NCBI GenBank assembly: GCA_017474125.1
Contig: JAFVIF010000076.1
Span: forward strand, 9,739-73,738
From: Clostridia bacterium
GTDB lineage: Bacteria > Bacillota > Clostridia > Oscillospirales > Acutalibacteraceae
Direction of reading: 5' to 3'
DNA length: 64,000 bases
Both the position numbers and the translations under genes were made by a program. Below are positions 52,148 to 61,421 of the stretch, one piece after another. The notes beneath the pieces were generated by a model. That model was given only the letters and a program-made list of their open reading frames with translations, was not told the origin of the DNA and made no database searches. Numbering within the stretch: position 1 is the stretch's first letter; the number at the start of each line of letters is the position of its first letter.

Positions 52148-53782
52148 ATGACTATTGTTCACCTACTTGAAAAAAACGCAAAGGAATTTGCAAACGACAC
52201 CGCGTTGGTGGAGATTAATCCCGACCAGCCCGAAACCCGTAAGCTTACATGGCACGAGTACGAGCTTGTTCAGCCCACCAACAAAAAGCACTACAGGAGA
52301 GAAATCACCTGGCAGGTGTTTGACGAAAAAGCAAACCGCCTTGCAAATATGCTTGCTCATAACGGTATAGGCAAGGGCAAAAAGGTTGCCATTCTTTTAA
52401 TGAACTGTATTGATTGGCTTCCTATTTATTTTGGTATATTAAAGACGGGCGCTCTTGCAGTTCCCCTTAACTTCCGCTATTCGTCGGATGAAATTGACTA
52501 CTGTCTTGACTTGGCCGAAGCCGACGTGCTTATTTTCGGTAACGAGTTCGTAGGCCGTGTTGAAGCGGTAGCCGAAAAAATCAGCAAAAAATGCACCCTT
52601 ATATATTTAGGAGGAAGCTGTCCCGATTTTGCCGACGACTACAATGACCTTATCAGCGAGTTTTCGGGTATTTTCCCCGAATGTACCTTGACTGAGGAGG
52701 ACGACGCCGCCATTTATTTTTCTTCGGGTACCACGGGCTTCCCCAAGGCTATTTTACATAAGCACAGAAGCCTTATTCACTCCTGCCGAGTTGAACAGGC
52801 GCACCACGGCCAAACCAAGGACGATTGCTTTTTGTGTATTCCTCCCCTGTATCATACGGGAGCAAAAATGCACTGGTTCGGCAGTCTCTTAGTAGGCGGT
52901 AAGGCTGTTATTTTAAAGGGCACCGCTTCAAAGAGTATTCTTGAAGCCGCAAGCAGTGAAAAATGCTCTATAGTATGGCTGCTTGTTCCTTGGGCTCAGG
53001 ATATTTTAAACGCTATTGAGCGCGGAGAAATCGACCTTAAGGATTATGATTTATCCAATTGGCGCCTTATGCATATAGGCGCACAGCCCGTTCCTCAAAG
53101 CCTTATCAAGCGTTGGCTGGAGGTTTTCCCCAACCACGATTACGACACAAACTACGGTCTTAGCGAATCTATAGGACCGGGCGCCGTCCACTTGGGTATT
53201 GAAAACGTTCACAAGGTTGGCGCTATCGGTATACCCGGCTACGGCTGGGAGGTTAAAATAGTAGACCCGAATGGCAACACCGTTAATAAGGGAGACGTTG
53301 GTGAGCTTTGCCTTAAGGGCCCCGGTGTTATGACCTGCTACTACAGAGACGAAAAGGCTACTGCCGACTCCCTTAAAGACGGTTGGCTTTACACAGGCGA
53401 TATGGCTATGCAGGACCCTGACGGCTTTATTTACCTTGTTGACCGTAAGAAGGACGTTATTATTACGGGCGGCGAAAACCTTTACCCCGTACAAATTGAA
53501 AACTTCCTGTCTGCTCACGAAAAAATCAAGGATGTCGCCGTTATCGGTCTTCCCGACACCCGACTTGGCGAAATTGCTACCGCTATTATCGAGCTTAAAA
53601 AGGGTATGACCTGCACCGAGGAGGAAATTAATCAGTTCTGCCTTGACCTTCCCCGCTACAAGCGTCCCCGTAAAATTATTTTTGCCGACGTTCCTCGTAA
53701 TCCAACGGGTAAAATCGAAAAGCCCAAGCTTCGTAAAATTTACGGTGCCGAGGGTCTTGTTGCTTCTCAGAACAAATCGTAA
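52148..53782 (+). CDS. AMP-dependent acyl-CoA synthetase/ligase (class I adenylate-forming enzyme)
   Basis: AMP-binding motif IYFSSGTTGFPKAI, then YHTGA, GDMA...DGF.YLVDRKKD and PRNPTGKI. ATG 52148 has a TGAGGT RBS. Confidence 0.85.
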   Translation: MTIVHLLEKNAKEFANDTALVEINPDQPETRKLTWHEYELVQPTNKKHYRREITWQVFDEKANRLANMLAHNGIGKGKKVAILLMNCIDWLPIYFGILKTGALAVPLNFRYSSDEIDYCLDLAEADVLIFGNEFVGRVEAVAEKISKKCTLIYLGGSCPDFADDYNDLISEFSGIFPECTLTEEDDAAIYFSSGTTGFPKAILHKHRSLIHSCRVEQAHHGQTKDDCFLCIPPLYHTGAKMHWFGSLLVGGKAVILKGTASKSILEAASSEKCSIVWLLVPWAQDILNAIERGEIDLKDYDLSNWRLMHIGAQPVPQSLIKRWLEVFPNHDYDTNYGLSESIGPGAVHLGIENVHKVGAIGIPGYGWEVKIVDPNGNTVNKGDVGELCLKGPGVMTCYYRDEKATADSLKDGWLYTGDMAMQDPDGFIYLVDRKKDVIITGGENLYPVQIENFLSAHEKIKDVAVIGLPDTRLGEIATAIIELKKGMTCTEEEINQFCLDLPRYKRPRKIIFADVPRNPTGKIEKPKLRKIYGAEGLVASQNKS

Positions 53783-53800
53783 GGAAAGGAATTTATACAT

Positions 53801-55525
53801 ATGAAAAAGCTTATGATAGGTAATGCCGCAGTTGCCGCAGGTCTTCACGACGGCGGACTTGGCGTAGTTTCCAGCTACCCCGGCACACCCTCTACCGAAA
53901 TTACCGAATTTTTATCTAAATACGACGATTTACATTCCGAATGGGCGCCTAACGAAAAGGTTGCCTGCGAGGTTGCCTTTGGCGCAAGCCTTGCAGGTGC
54001 CCGAAGCGCCTGCGCTATGAAGCACGTTGGCTTAAACGTAGCTGCCGACCCCCTTTTCACCCTTTCCTATACGGGTGTTAACGGCGGTATGGTTATTTGC
54101 GTTGCCGACGACCCTGCTATGCATTCCTCGCAAAACGAGCAGGACTCCCGCCATTACGCTATTGCTTCCAAGGTTCCTATGCTGGAGCCCAGCGATTCCC
54201 AAGAAGCCTACGATTTTGCAAAAACAGCCTTTGAGCTTTCGGAAAAATTCGACACCCCCGTACTGCTTCGTATGTGCACCCGTATTGCACACAGTCAGTC
54301 GGTGGTAGAGGCAGGCGAGGCCGTTCCCGCCGTTTTAAAGGATTATACGAAAAATCCTCAAAAGTATATTATGATGCCCGGTAACGCAATTCGCCGCCAC
54401 CCCTTCGTTGAGCAAAGAACCGCCGATTTGGCTGAATTTGCCAACGACTGTATGTATAATAAGGTAGAAATGAACAGTAGCGAAATAGGTATTATCACCT
54501 CGGGCTGCTCCTACCTTTACGTTAAAGAGGTTATGGGAGACTCGGCCAGCATACTTAAAATCGGTATGCCCAATCCCCTGCCCGACAAATTAATAAAGGA
54601 ATTTGCAAAAAAGGTTAAAAAGCTTTACGTTATTGAAGAGCTTGACCCCGTTATTGAAAGTCACGTTAAGGCTTTGGGCATTGACTGTATCGGCAAGGAG
54701 TTGTTTTCCCTTTTGGGCGAATTTTCTCAGGGCACTATTGCAAAGGCCTTCGGCAAGGAGGACAAATACAGCGTAACCGCCGACAGCGTTATTCCTCCCC
54801 GTCCTCCCATGATGTGTGCAGGCTGTCCTCACAGAGGTATGTTCTACACCCTTTCCAAAAATAAAATTACCGTTATGGGTGATATCGGCTGTTACACTCT
54901 TGGCGCCGTTGCCCCCCTTAACGCACTTGATTCTACCCTTTGTATGGGTGCCTCGGTTTCGGGTCTTCACGGCTTTAACGCCGCAAGAGGCAATGAGACC
55001 GAAAAGAAGAGCGTTGCCGTTATCGGTGACTCTACCTTTATGCATTCGGGTATGACGGGACTTGTAAACATTGCCTATAACGCTACCAATTCCACCGTTA
55101 TTATCCTTGATAACTCCATTACGGGTATGACGGGACATCAGCAAAACCCCACCACAGGCTATAACATTAAGGGTGACCCTGCCGCGAAGGTTGATTTGGA
55201 AGCACTTTGCAAGGCTCTCGGTATTAACCGAGTAAGGGTTGTCGACCCCTACGATTTAAAGGCCTGCGAAACCGCCGTTAAGGAGGAGCTGGCGATAGAC
55301 GAGCCGTCGGTAATTATTTCAAGACGTCCCTGCGTATTACTTAAAACCGTTAAGCACGCTCCCTCGCTAAAGGTTGAAAGCGACAAGTGCAGGTCCTGCA
55401 AGCGCTGTATGGGTCTCGGCTGTCCCGCTATTAGTCTTAAGGACGGAAAAGCAAAAATCGACAATACACTTTGCGTTGGCTGTGGCGTATGCAAACAGCT
55501 TTGCGCATTTGACGCTATAGTTTAA
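53801..55525 (+). CDS. iorA: Indolepyruvate:ferredoxin oxidoreductase, alpha subunit
   Basis: N-terminal GNAAVAAGL..GG..VVSSYPGTPSTEI, a TPP motif region (GDSTFMHSGMTG), and two C-terminal 4Fe-4S motifs (CRSCKRCMGLGCP, CVGCGVCKQLC). Confidence 0.85.
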   Translation: MKKLMIGNAAVAAGLHDGGLGVVSSYPGTPSTEITEFLSKYDDLHSEWAPNEKVACEVAFGASLAGARSACAMKHVGLNVAADPLFTLSYTGVNGGMVICVADDPAMHSSQNEQDSRHYAIASKVPMLEPSDSQEAYDFAKTAFELSEKFDTPVLLRMCTRIAHSQSVVEAGEAVPAVLKDYTKNPQKYIMMPGNAIRRHPFVEQRTADLAEFANDCMYNKVEMNSSEIGIITSGCSYLYVKEVMGDSASILKIGMPNPLPDKLIKEFAKKVKKLYVIEELDPVIESHVKALGIDCIGKELFSLLGEFSQGTIAKAFGKEDKYSVTADSVIPPRPPMMCAGCPHRGMFYTLSKNKITVMGDIGCYTLGAVAPLNALDSTLCMGASVSGLHGFNAARGNETEKKSVAVIGDSTFMHSGMTGLVNIAYNATNSTVIILDNSITGMTGHQQNPTTGYNIKGDPAAKVDLEALCKALGINRVRVVDPYDLKACETAVKEELAIDEPSVIISRRPCVLLKTVKHAPSLKVESDKCRSCKRCMGLGCPAISLKDGKAKIDNTLCVGCGVCKQLCAFDAIV

Positions 55526-55538
55526 GGAGGAAGCAGTA

Positions 55539-56108
55539 ATGACAAAAAGTGTTATGATAGTAGGCGTAGGCGGACAGGGCAGTCTCCTTGCCTCCAAATT
55601 ACTCGGCCGACTTCTTATGGACGAGGGCTTTGACGTTAAGGTTAGCGAGGTACACGGTATGAGCCAGCGCGGCGGCAGCGTTGTTACCTACGTGCGCTAC
55701 GGCGAGCAGGTTTATTCACCCATTATTACCGAGGGTGAAGCCGATATTATTATATCCTTTGAAAAGCTGGAGGCCGCGCGCTATGCCGCCTTCCTTAAAA
55801 AGGATGGAAAAATTGTGGTTAATACCCAGCAAATTGACCCTATGCCCGTTATTATCGGCGCTGCTGAGTACCCCGAAAAGGTGCTTAACGAATTAACCGA
55901 TAAGGGTTGCTGTGTTGAAGCCTTAGACGCACTGAGTCTTGCCGAAAAGGCAGGCAGCAGTAAGGCGGTAAACATTGTGCTTATGGGCAAGGCCGCAAAG
56001 TATTTCCATATTCCTTACGACAAATGGATTGCGGCTATTGAAAATACCGTTGCTCCAAAATTTGTGGAAATGAACAAAATAGCTTTCGATTTAGGCTATA
56101 ACGCATAA
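55539..56108 (+). CDS. iorB: Indolepyruvate:ferredoxin oxidoreductase, beta subunit
   Basis: IVGVGGQGSLLASKLLG...HGMSQRGGSV is the gamma-type subunit signature. The gene directly follows iorA. Confidence 0.85.
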   Translation: MTKSVMIVGVGGQGSLLASKLLGRLLMDEGFDVKVSEVHGMSQRGGSVVTYVRYGEQVYSPIITEGEADIIISFEKLEAARYAAFLKKDGKIVVNTQQIDPMPVIIGAAEYPEKVLNELTDKGCCVEALDALSLAEKAGSSKAVNIVLMGKAAKYFHIPYDKWIAAIENTVAPKFVEMNKIAFDLGYNA

Positions 56109-56138
56109 GCCCGAAAAATCAACTTTTTTATAAAAGTG

Positions 56139-56167
56139 TTGACAATTAAATTTTACCGTGTTAAAAT
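56139..56167 (+). promoter_or_regulatory. Sigma-A promoter of the T-box leader
   Basis: TTGACA, 17-nt spacer, TGtTAAAAT (extended -10). Confidence 0.7.
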
Positions 56168-56203
56168 ATTTCTTGTCTTAAAGACGTTTTAAATGCGATG
56201 ATC

Positions 56204-56470
56204 AGAAAGTAGTAAATTCGGAAAAGCTTTTAAGAGAGTTGTCGTTCGGTGCGAGACAATAGGCAAGTACGTTTTGAATTCATTCTGTTAGCAGTGCACT
56301 GAACTAAGCTTTGCTTAAAGTAGGCTGCAACGGGTGTTCCCGTAACAGAACTAAGGTATGTTAGTACCTGAAAAGGCCGTTACCGTGAGATAACGGCGAA
56401 CTGAGGTGGTACCACGGGATTTCGATTTTCTCGTCCTCTGTATTCTTATCGGAATGCAGAGGATTTTTTT
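56204..56470 (+). promoter_or_regulatory. T-box riboswitch leader with a UUC (Phe) specifier, controlling paaK-ACT
   Basis: Stem I spans 56204-56293 (TGC-GATGAT-CAGAA-AGTAG ... GAA-TTC-A-TTCTG-TTA-GCA). AGAGAG box and GGTGCGAGAC distal loop are present. T-box sequence AACTGAGGTGGTACCACGGG lies at 56399-56418. A terminator stem at 56435-56462 is followed by T7. Confidence 0.85.
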
Positions 56471-56526
56471 ATTTCCTTTCATTCCGCGGTTTGTACCAAA
56501 CAAAATAAACAGAAAGGATGATTACA

Positions 56527-57834
56527 ATGGCACAAAACTACTATCAAAAAGAAATCGAAACCATGCCGGTTGAGGAAATTAAAAAGCTTCAATCGGAAAA
56601 ACTGAAAAAGCAGGTAAAGCACGTATATGAAAACGTTGCCTATTACCGCGATTTAATGGACAAAAAAGGCGTTAAACCCGAAGATATCAACGGTATTGAG
56701 GATTTACATAAGCTCCCCTTTTTATCCAAGGCAGATTTAAGAGAAGCTTACCCCTACGGTCTTCTTGCAAAGCCCCTTAAGGACTGTGTACGTATCCACT
56801 CTACCTCGGGTACTACAGGTAAGCGCGTAGTTGCTTTTTATACTCAGAACGACGTTGATTTATGGGAGGATTGCTGTGCGCGAGCTATCGTTGCCGCAGG
56901 CGGCACCAACGAGGACGTTTGTCAGGTTGCTTACGGCTACGGCCTCTTTACAGGCGGCGCAGGTCTTCACGGCGGCTCACACAAGGTAGGCTGTCTTACC
57001 CTTCCTATGTCTTCAGGCTTTACCGAAAGACAAATTCAGTTTATGAATGACCTTTCCGCTACAATTCTTTGCTGTACTCCCTCTTATGCCGCATATATTG
57101 CCGAATCCTTAAAGGAAATGGGCTACACTCCCGACCAAATTCCCCTTAAAGCAGGTATTTTCGGCGCCGAGCCCTGGACAGAAGAAATGAGACGCGGTAT
57201 TGAAAAAGATTTAGGCATTAAGGCTTACGATATTTACGGTCTTACCGAAACCAGCGGCCCCGGTGTAGCTTTTGAATGCTGTGAGCAAACGGGTATGCAC
57301 GTTAACGAGGACCACTTCCTTGCCGAAATTATCGACCCCGATACGGGCGAGGTTCTTCCCGAGGGCGAAAAGGGTGAGCTTGTATTCACCGCTTTAGATA
57401 AGGAAGCCTTCCCCCTGCTCCGCTACAGAACACGTGATATTTGCGTTCTTTCACGCAAAAAATGCTCCTGCGGCAGAACTCTCATTAAAATGGCTAAGCC
57501 TATGGGCAGAACCGACGATATGCTGATTATCCGCGGCGTAAACGTCTTCCCCAGCCAAATCGAAACCGTTCTTTTAAACGATGGCTATCAGCCTAACTAT
57601 CAGATTATCGTTGACAGAGTAGGCAACAACGACACCTTCGACATTAACGTTGAAATGAATCCCGAGCAGTTTACCGACACCGTTAGCGGTATTACCGCTC
57701 TTGAAAAGGCTCTTGCAAACTCTATGAAGGTTATGCTCGGCATTAACCCTGCAGTTCATCTTGTTCCGCCCAAGTCAATTACCCGAAGCGAGGGCAAGGC
57801 TGTGCGCGTAATTGATAAGCGCAAGCTTCATTAA
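56527..57834 (+). CDS. paaK: Phenylacetate--CoA ligase
   Basis: HSTSGTTGKRVV, IFGAEPW, YGLTETSGPGVAFEC and RTDDMLIIRGVNVFPSQIE are PaaK-type adenylate-forming motifs. ATG 56527 is preferred over 56518 on RBS spacing. Confidence 0.85.
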   Translation: MAQNYYQKEIETMPVEEIKKLQSEKLKKQVKHVYENVAYYRDLMDKKGVKPEDINGIEDLHKLPFLSKADLREAYPYGLLAKPLKDCVRIHSTSGTTGKRVVAFYTQNDVDLWEDCCARAIVAAGGTNEDVCQVAYGYGLFTGGAGLHGGSHKVGCLTLPMSSGFTERQIQFMNDLSATILCCTPSYAAYIAESLKEMGYTPDQIPLKAGIFGAEPWTEEMRRGIEKDLGIKAYDIYGLTETSGPGVAFECCEQTGMHVNEDHFLAEIIDPDTGEVLPEGEKGELVFTALDKEAFPLLRYRTRDICVLSRKKCSCGRTLIKMAKPMGRTDDMLIIRGVNVFPSQIETVLLNDGYQPNYQIIVDRVGNNDTFDINVEMNPEQFTDTVSGITALEKALANSMKVMLGINPAVHLVPPKSITRSEGKAVRVIDKRKLH

Positions 57835-57849
57835 GAAAGGAGAATAGCT

Positions 57850-58281
57850 ATGTCTTTAAAACAACTTACCGTTTTCGTTCAGAATCATCAGGGCTCTCTC
57901 GTTGCAATTACCGATACTCTTGCAAAGCATAACGTGAACATTCGCGCTCTTTCTATTGCCGACACCGAGGATTTCGGTATTCTGCGCCTTATCGTTAACG
58001 ATACAGCCCTTGCAGGCAAAACCCTTGCCGAGGAAGGCTATCTCCTTAAAACCACCGACGTTGTGGGTGTTAAAATCGGTGATGCCCCCGGAAAGCTCTC
58101 CGAAGCCTTAAAGGTTTTAGACGAAAACCATATTAATATGGAATACCTTTACGCCTTTATGACCAGAACCGAAAAGCACGCATATATGGTTATGCGCGTT
58201 GCCGATAACCAAAAGGCCGAAGCCGCTCTTACAGGCGCAGGCTTCCATATTATTACCGACAGCGACGTAGAAAAGCTGTAA
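57850..58281 (+). CDS. ACT domain-containing protein
   Basis: 143 aa with tandem ACT-like beta-alpha-beta-beta-alpha-beta segments (LTVFVQNHQGSLVAITDTLAKHNVNIRALS). Small ACT proteins commonly follow paaK in anaerobes. Confidence 0.75.
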   Translation: MSLKQLTVFVQNHQGSLVAITDTLAKHNVNIRALSIADTEDFGILRLIVNDTALAGKTLAEEGYLLKTTDVVGVKIGDAPGKLSEALKVLDENHINMEYLYAFMTRTEKHAYMVMRVADNQKAEAALTGAGFHIITDSDVEKL

Positions 58282-58295
58282 ATTTTAAAACAAAC

Positions 58296-58333
58296 AAAAA
58301 GCGAAGGCAGTTTATTAACAGCCTTCGCTTTTT
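58296..58333 (+). terminator. Intrinsic terminator
   Basis: AAAAAGCGAAGGC ... GCCTTCGCTTTTT. Confidence 0.8.
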
Positions 58334-58444
58334 ATTATGCTAACGCCTACGGGTGATGACAAACCGAAAAGTGCCGAAAGAATGCCGTTTTAGGCAGGTT
58401 AGGATTATTCGTGTTTGCTTACGGTATGATGTAGGCATCATACC

Positions 58445-58759
58445 CTACGATTTATTTGAATTAAGGGCGCGTATCATTTGTAATACTACCTGCTTTTGTT
58501 CGGTTGTCAAATTCACCCAAGAATTAAAAAGCTCTTTAATTTCAGGTGTCATTTCAATCATATCCCCCTGTGCAAAAAACTGAGATATGGTAATACCAAA
58601 GCCCTTACAAATTGCTTCAAGCGTGCTTATAGACGGCAAGGTATTTCTTTTGAAAATATTTGCAATGGTTGACTCCGACAATCCGCATTCCTTAGACAAA
58701 CGGTATTCAGTCCATCCACGTTCATCCAATAATTGCCTAAGTCTTTGATGTGTGTCCAT
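58445..58759 (-). CDS. XRE family helix-turn-helix transcriptional regulator
   Basis: RLRQLLDERGWTEYRLSKECGLSESTIANIFKRNTLPSISTLEAICKGFGITISQFF is an HTH_3 domain. Confidence 0.8.
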   Translation of the reverse strand: MDTHQRLRQLLDERGWTEYRLSKECGLSESTIANIFKRNTLPSISTLEAICKGFGITISQFFAQGDMIEMTPEIKELFNSWVNLTTEQKQVVLQMIRALNSNKS

Positions 58760-58908
58760 AATCTCACCCTTTCACATCTGTATTTTACCGCTAAATTTAA
58801 CGGTTTTATACACAATACTTGTAATGTTTTTACCGTTATGTTAAACTGTAATGTATATTCAGGTTGAAAGGTAGCGGTGCTTAATGCTTAAATAACAAAG
58901 AATATTAT

Positions 58909-59121
58909 TTGAAATACTACGACGAAATTACCCTTTCCGAAAGAGCAGCCCTTTCCCACCCCAAGGCCGCCTTAGAGGAACGTAACCGCGAAATGGTAGA
59001 CAGGGCAGATTTAATTATCTGCTACGTTAACCGTGAATTCGGCGGTGCCTACAAAGCAATGAAGTACGCAGAAAAGCGCCAAAAGCCAATTATCAATTTG
59101 GCAAAGGATATTTGCTCATAG
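58909..59121 (+). pseudogene. C-terminal remnant of a SLOG/DUF1273-family protein
   Basis: The 70-aa ORF has a TTG start and no RBS. ...RNREMVDRADLIICYVNREFGGAYKAMKYAEKRQKPIINL matches only the C-terminal third of ~180-aa DUF1273 proteins. Confidence 0.4.
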
Positions 59122-59234
59122 CTTTTATACCGAAATAAACCTTTTCCGTAATTTTACAAACGCAGTAGTTATTTATTGCATTTTCTTAAAAAATGTGCAA
59201 TAATAAGGTATATTCTTTGAAAGGTTTGAGACAA

Positions 59235-60590
59235 ATGAGTGAAAAACGCAGTAATTTCTCCAGTAAAATCGGCTTTGTTCTTGCCACCGCCGGTTCTGCT
59301 GTAGGTCTTGGTAACATTTGGCGCTTCCCCTACCTTGCGGCAAAGCACGGCGGCGGTATGTTCCTTCTTGTTTACCTTATTTTAGTATTAACCTTCGGCT
59401 TTGCTTTAGCGGCCGCCGAAATTCTTATCGGTAGAAAAACAGGCCAAAGCGCCATCAATGCCTTTGGAGCGCTTAGCAAAAAATGGTCCTTTATCGGTTG
59501 GCTTGCGGCCCTTGTACCCGTTATTATCCTTCCCTATTATTCTGTAATAGGCGGCTGGATTTTTAAGTATCTTGTTGCCTTTATCGGCGGTCAGGCAAAT
59601 GCCGCCGCAGGAGACGATTACTTCACAGGCTTTATCGGTAAGGTTGGCGAGCCTATCGGTTGGTTTATGCTCTTTATCGGCATAACTGCCTTAATCGTTC
59701 TTTTCGGTGTTGAAAAGGGCGTTGAAAAGGCAAGTAAAATAATGATGCCCATTCTTGTTGTCATTACTATTTTTATTGCTATATACTCGGCGTGTATGCC
59801 GGGCGCTTTTGAGGGTGTGCTTTACTACATAACACCCAACTTTGAGCACTTCTCGGTTACCACCGTACTTGCCGCTTTGGGTCAGCTTTTCTACTCAATG
59901 AGCCTTGCAATGGGTATTATGATTACCTACGGCTCCTATATGAAAAAGGACGTTAACGTTTCCTCCTCAATTCATCAGGTTGAAATTTTCGATACAGGCA
60001 TTGCTTTCCTTGCGGGTCTTATGATTGTGCCCGCCGTATTCTCTTTCTCGGGCGGTAGCGAGGAAGCCTTAGGCAAGGGTCCCTCTCTTATGTTTATTAC
60101 TCTGCCCAAGGTATTCCAAAGTATGCCCGGCGGTACTGTTATAGGTATTATTTTCTTCCTTATGGTGCTTTTTGCCGCACTTACCTCCTCCATTTCCCTT
60201 ATGGAAACGGTTGTTTCGGTAATTCAGGATAAGTTTAAGCTTAACCGTAAAATCACCTGCCTTATAGTATTTATCGGATGTGTTGCTTTAGGTCTGCCGT
60301 CATCTCTCGGCAACGGCGCTTGGGCAGGTGTTAAGATTTTAGGCTTCGCCTTCCTCGACTTCTTCGACTTCATAAGCAACAGCGTGCTTATGCCAATAGT
60401 CGCTCTGCTCACCTGCATTTTCGTTGGCTACGTTATTAAACCCAAATCGCTTATTGAGGAAGCTGAGCTTTCTGCGCAGTTTAAAGCCAAAACGCTTTTC
60501 AGTGTAATTATCCGTTACGTTGCCCCCGTTTTAATCGTTCTTATCCTCGGCTTCTCGGTACTCGAAGCCTTCGGTATAGTAAAGGTTTAA
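59235..60590 (+). CDS. Neurotransmitter:sodium symporter (NSS/SNF) family transporter
   Basis: GFVLATAGSAVGLGNIWRFPYLAAKHGGG is the NSS signature. The start is ATG 59235; ATG 59193 cannot be excluded. Confidence 0.85.
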   Translation: MSEKRSNFSSKIGFVLATAGSAVGLGNIWRFPYLAAKHGGGMFLLVYLILVLTFGFALAAAEILIGRKTGQSAINAFGALSKKWSFIGWLAALVPVIILPYYSVIGGWIFKYLVAFIGGQANAAAGDDYFTGFIGKVGEPIGWFMLFIGITALIVLFGVEKGVEKASKIMMPILVVITIFIAIYSACMPGAFEGVLYYITPNFEHFSVTTVLAALGQLFYSMSLAMGIMITYGSYMKKDVNVSSSIHQVEIFDTGIAFLAGLMIVPAVFSFSGGSEEALGKGPSLMFITLPKVFQSMPGGTVIGIIFFLMVLFAALTSSISLMETVVSVIQDKFKLNRKITCLIVFIGCVALGLPSSLGNGAWAGVKILGFAFLDFFDFISNSVLMPIVALLTCIFVGYVIKPKSLIEEAELSAQFKAKTLFSVIIRYVAPVLIVLILGFSVLEAFGIVKV

Positions 60591-60597
60591 ATAAAAC

Positions 60598-60654
60598 AAA
60601 AAAACGGTCGCTTAGGAGTTGGTCTTAAGAACAACTCCCCAGCGACCGTTTTTT
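60598..60654. terminator. Bidirectional intrinsic terminator (nested stems)
   Basis: AAAAAACGGTCGCT..GGAGTTG...CAACTCC..AGCGACCGTTTTTT. It overlaps the 3' end of the minus-strand membrane protein ORF. Confidence 0.75.
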
Positions 60655-61308
60655 ATTTAGCCGAAAATTCAGTTTAAAAAACAGCTTGAAGGACAGTATA
60701 AGAAGTACAAAAAGGGCTATATAATATATGGGCAGAATCCACGCACCGAACAGCCTTAAAGGTAAATACGCAAACAGTAATTCATAAATAAAAATCCCCC
60801 TGCCGCCGTTAAAAAGTCCGTAAAGCATAAGGGTGCGAAGTCCCACAAGGCTTAAGGCTGTGACAAGCAACCAGCAGGATTTTTCACAAAAGCGGCTTTG
60901 CTCGGTTATGAAAAGGGATAAAAGCAATAATATGCCGTGGCAAAAATATGCTGCGGCTATTCTTTCATTCGTATAATGAACGTACGCCCATTTACCGAAG
61001 GCAATTACCGACAAAAAATAACCGCCCCCTGCAAGCAGTCCCGAGTATGCTGCCCAAACGTAAAGCCCTTTAACCTTAAAAAGCAGTATAAGCGGCACAA
61101 AAAAATAGGCAAGAGCCGAAAACTCTACGGGAGGGCGTATTATCCCCGATACCACCCATTGGCTTATATAACGGTATATATTGAAAATAAGAAGAGTCAG
61201 CGCAAAAAGCTTTTGCAAAAGCTCCTTATTTCTATTATTTAAAACAGAAAAGCGGCGGTAGGCAAGGATTAAAACCAAAGCCAAAGCCGCCGCTAATATA
61301 TTAATCAC
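60625..61308 (-). CDS. Polytopic membrane protein of unknown function
   Basis: 227 aa with about 7 hydrophobic helices. No recognisable motif. Confidence 0.5.
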   Translation of the reverse strand: MINILAAALALVLILAYRRFSVLNNRNKELLQKLFALTLLIFNIYRYISQWVVSGIIRPPVEFSALAYFFVPLILLFKVKGLYVWAAYSGLLAGGGYFLSVIAFGKWAYVHYTNERIAAAYFCHGILLLLSLFITEQSRFCEKSCWLLVTALSLVGLRTLMLYGLFNGGRGIFIYELLFAYLPLRLFGAWILPIYYIALFVLLILSFKLFFKLNFRLNKKRSLGSCS

Positions 61309-61421
61309 TTTATCGGCTCACCTCAAGGATAGTATTATCACTTTATTCCTTGATATGAGCTTAAGCAAACACAAATAATCCGGACCTGATTTTAAAGGCT
61401 CAATTTTCGTCTTTGCTTATT

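Noticed and set aside
53051-53848. 265-aa ORF antisense to the acyl-CoA synthetase gene. Similar long antisense ORFs occur at 25075-25755, 43682-44329, 19980-20477 and 54590-55144.
   Set aside because: Each lies entirely opposite a gene with clear family motifs. They have no RBS and low-complexity, odd composition (rich in V/G/N/K/F). They are typical shadow ORFs of the real coding strand.
59163-59200. Imperfect inverted repeat TTATTGCATTTT...AAAATGTGCAATAA and a CodY-box-like ATTTTCTTAAAAAAT upstream of the NSS transporter.
   Set aside because: About four mismatches to the CodY consensus AATTTTCWGAAAATT in a generally AT-rich spacer. This is too weak to call without comparative data.
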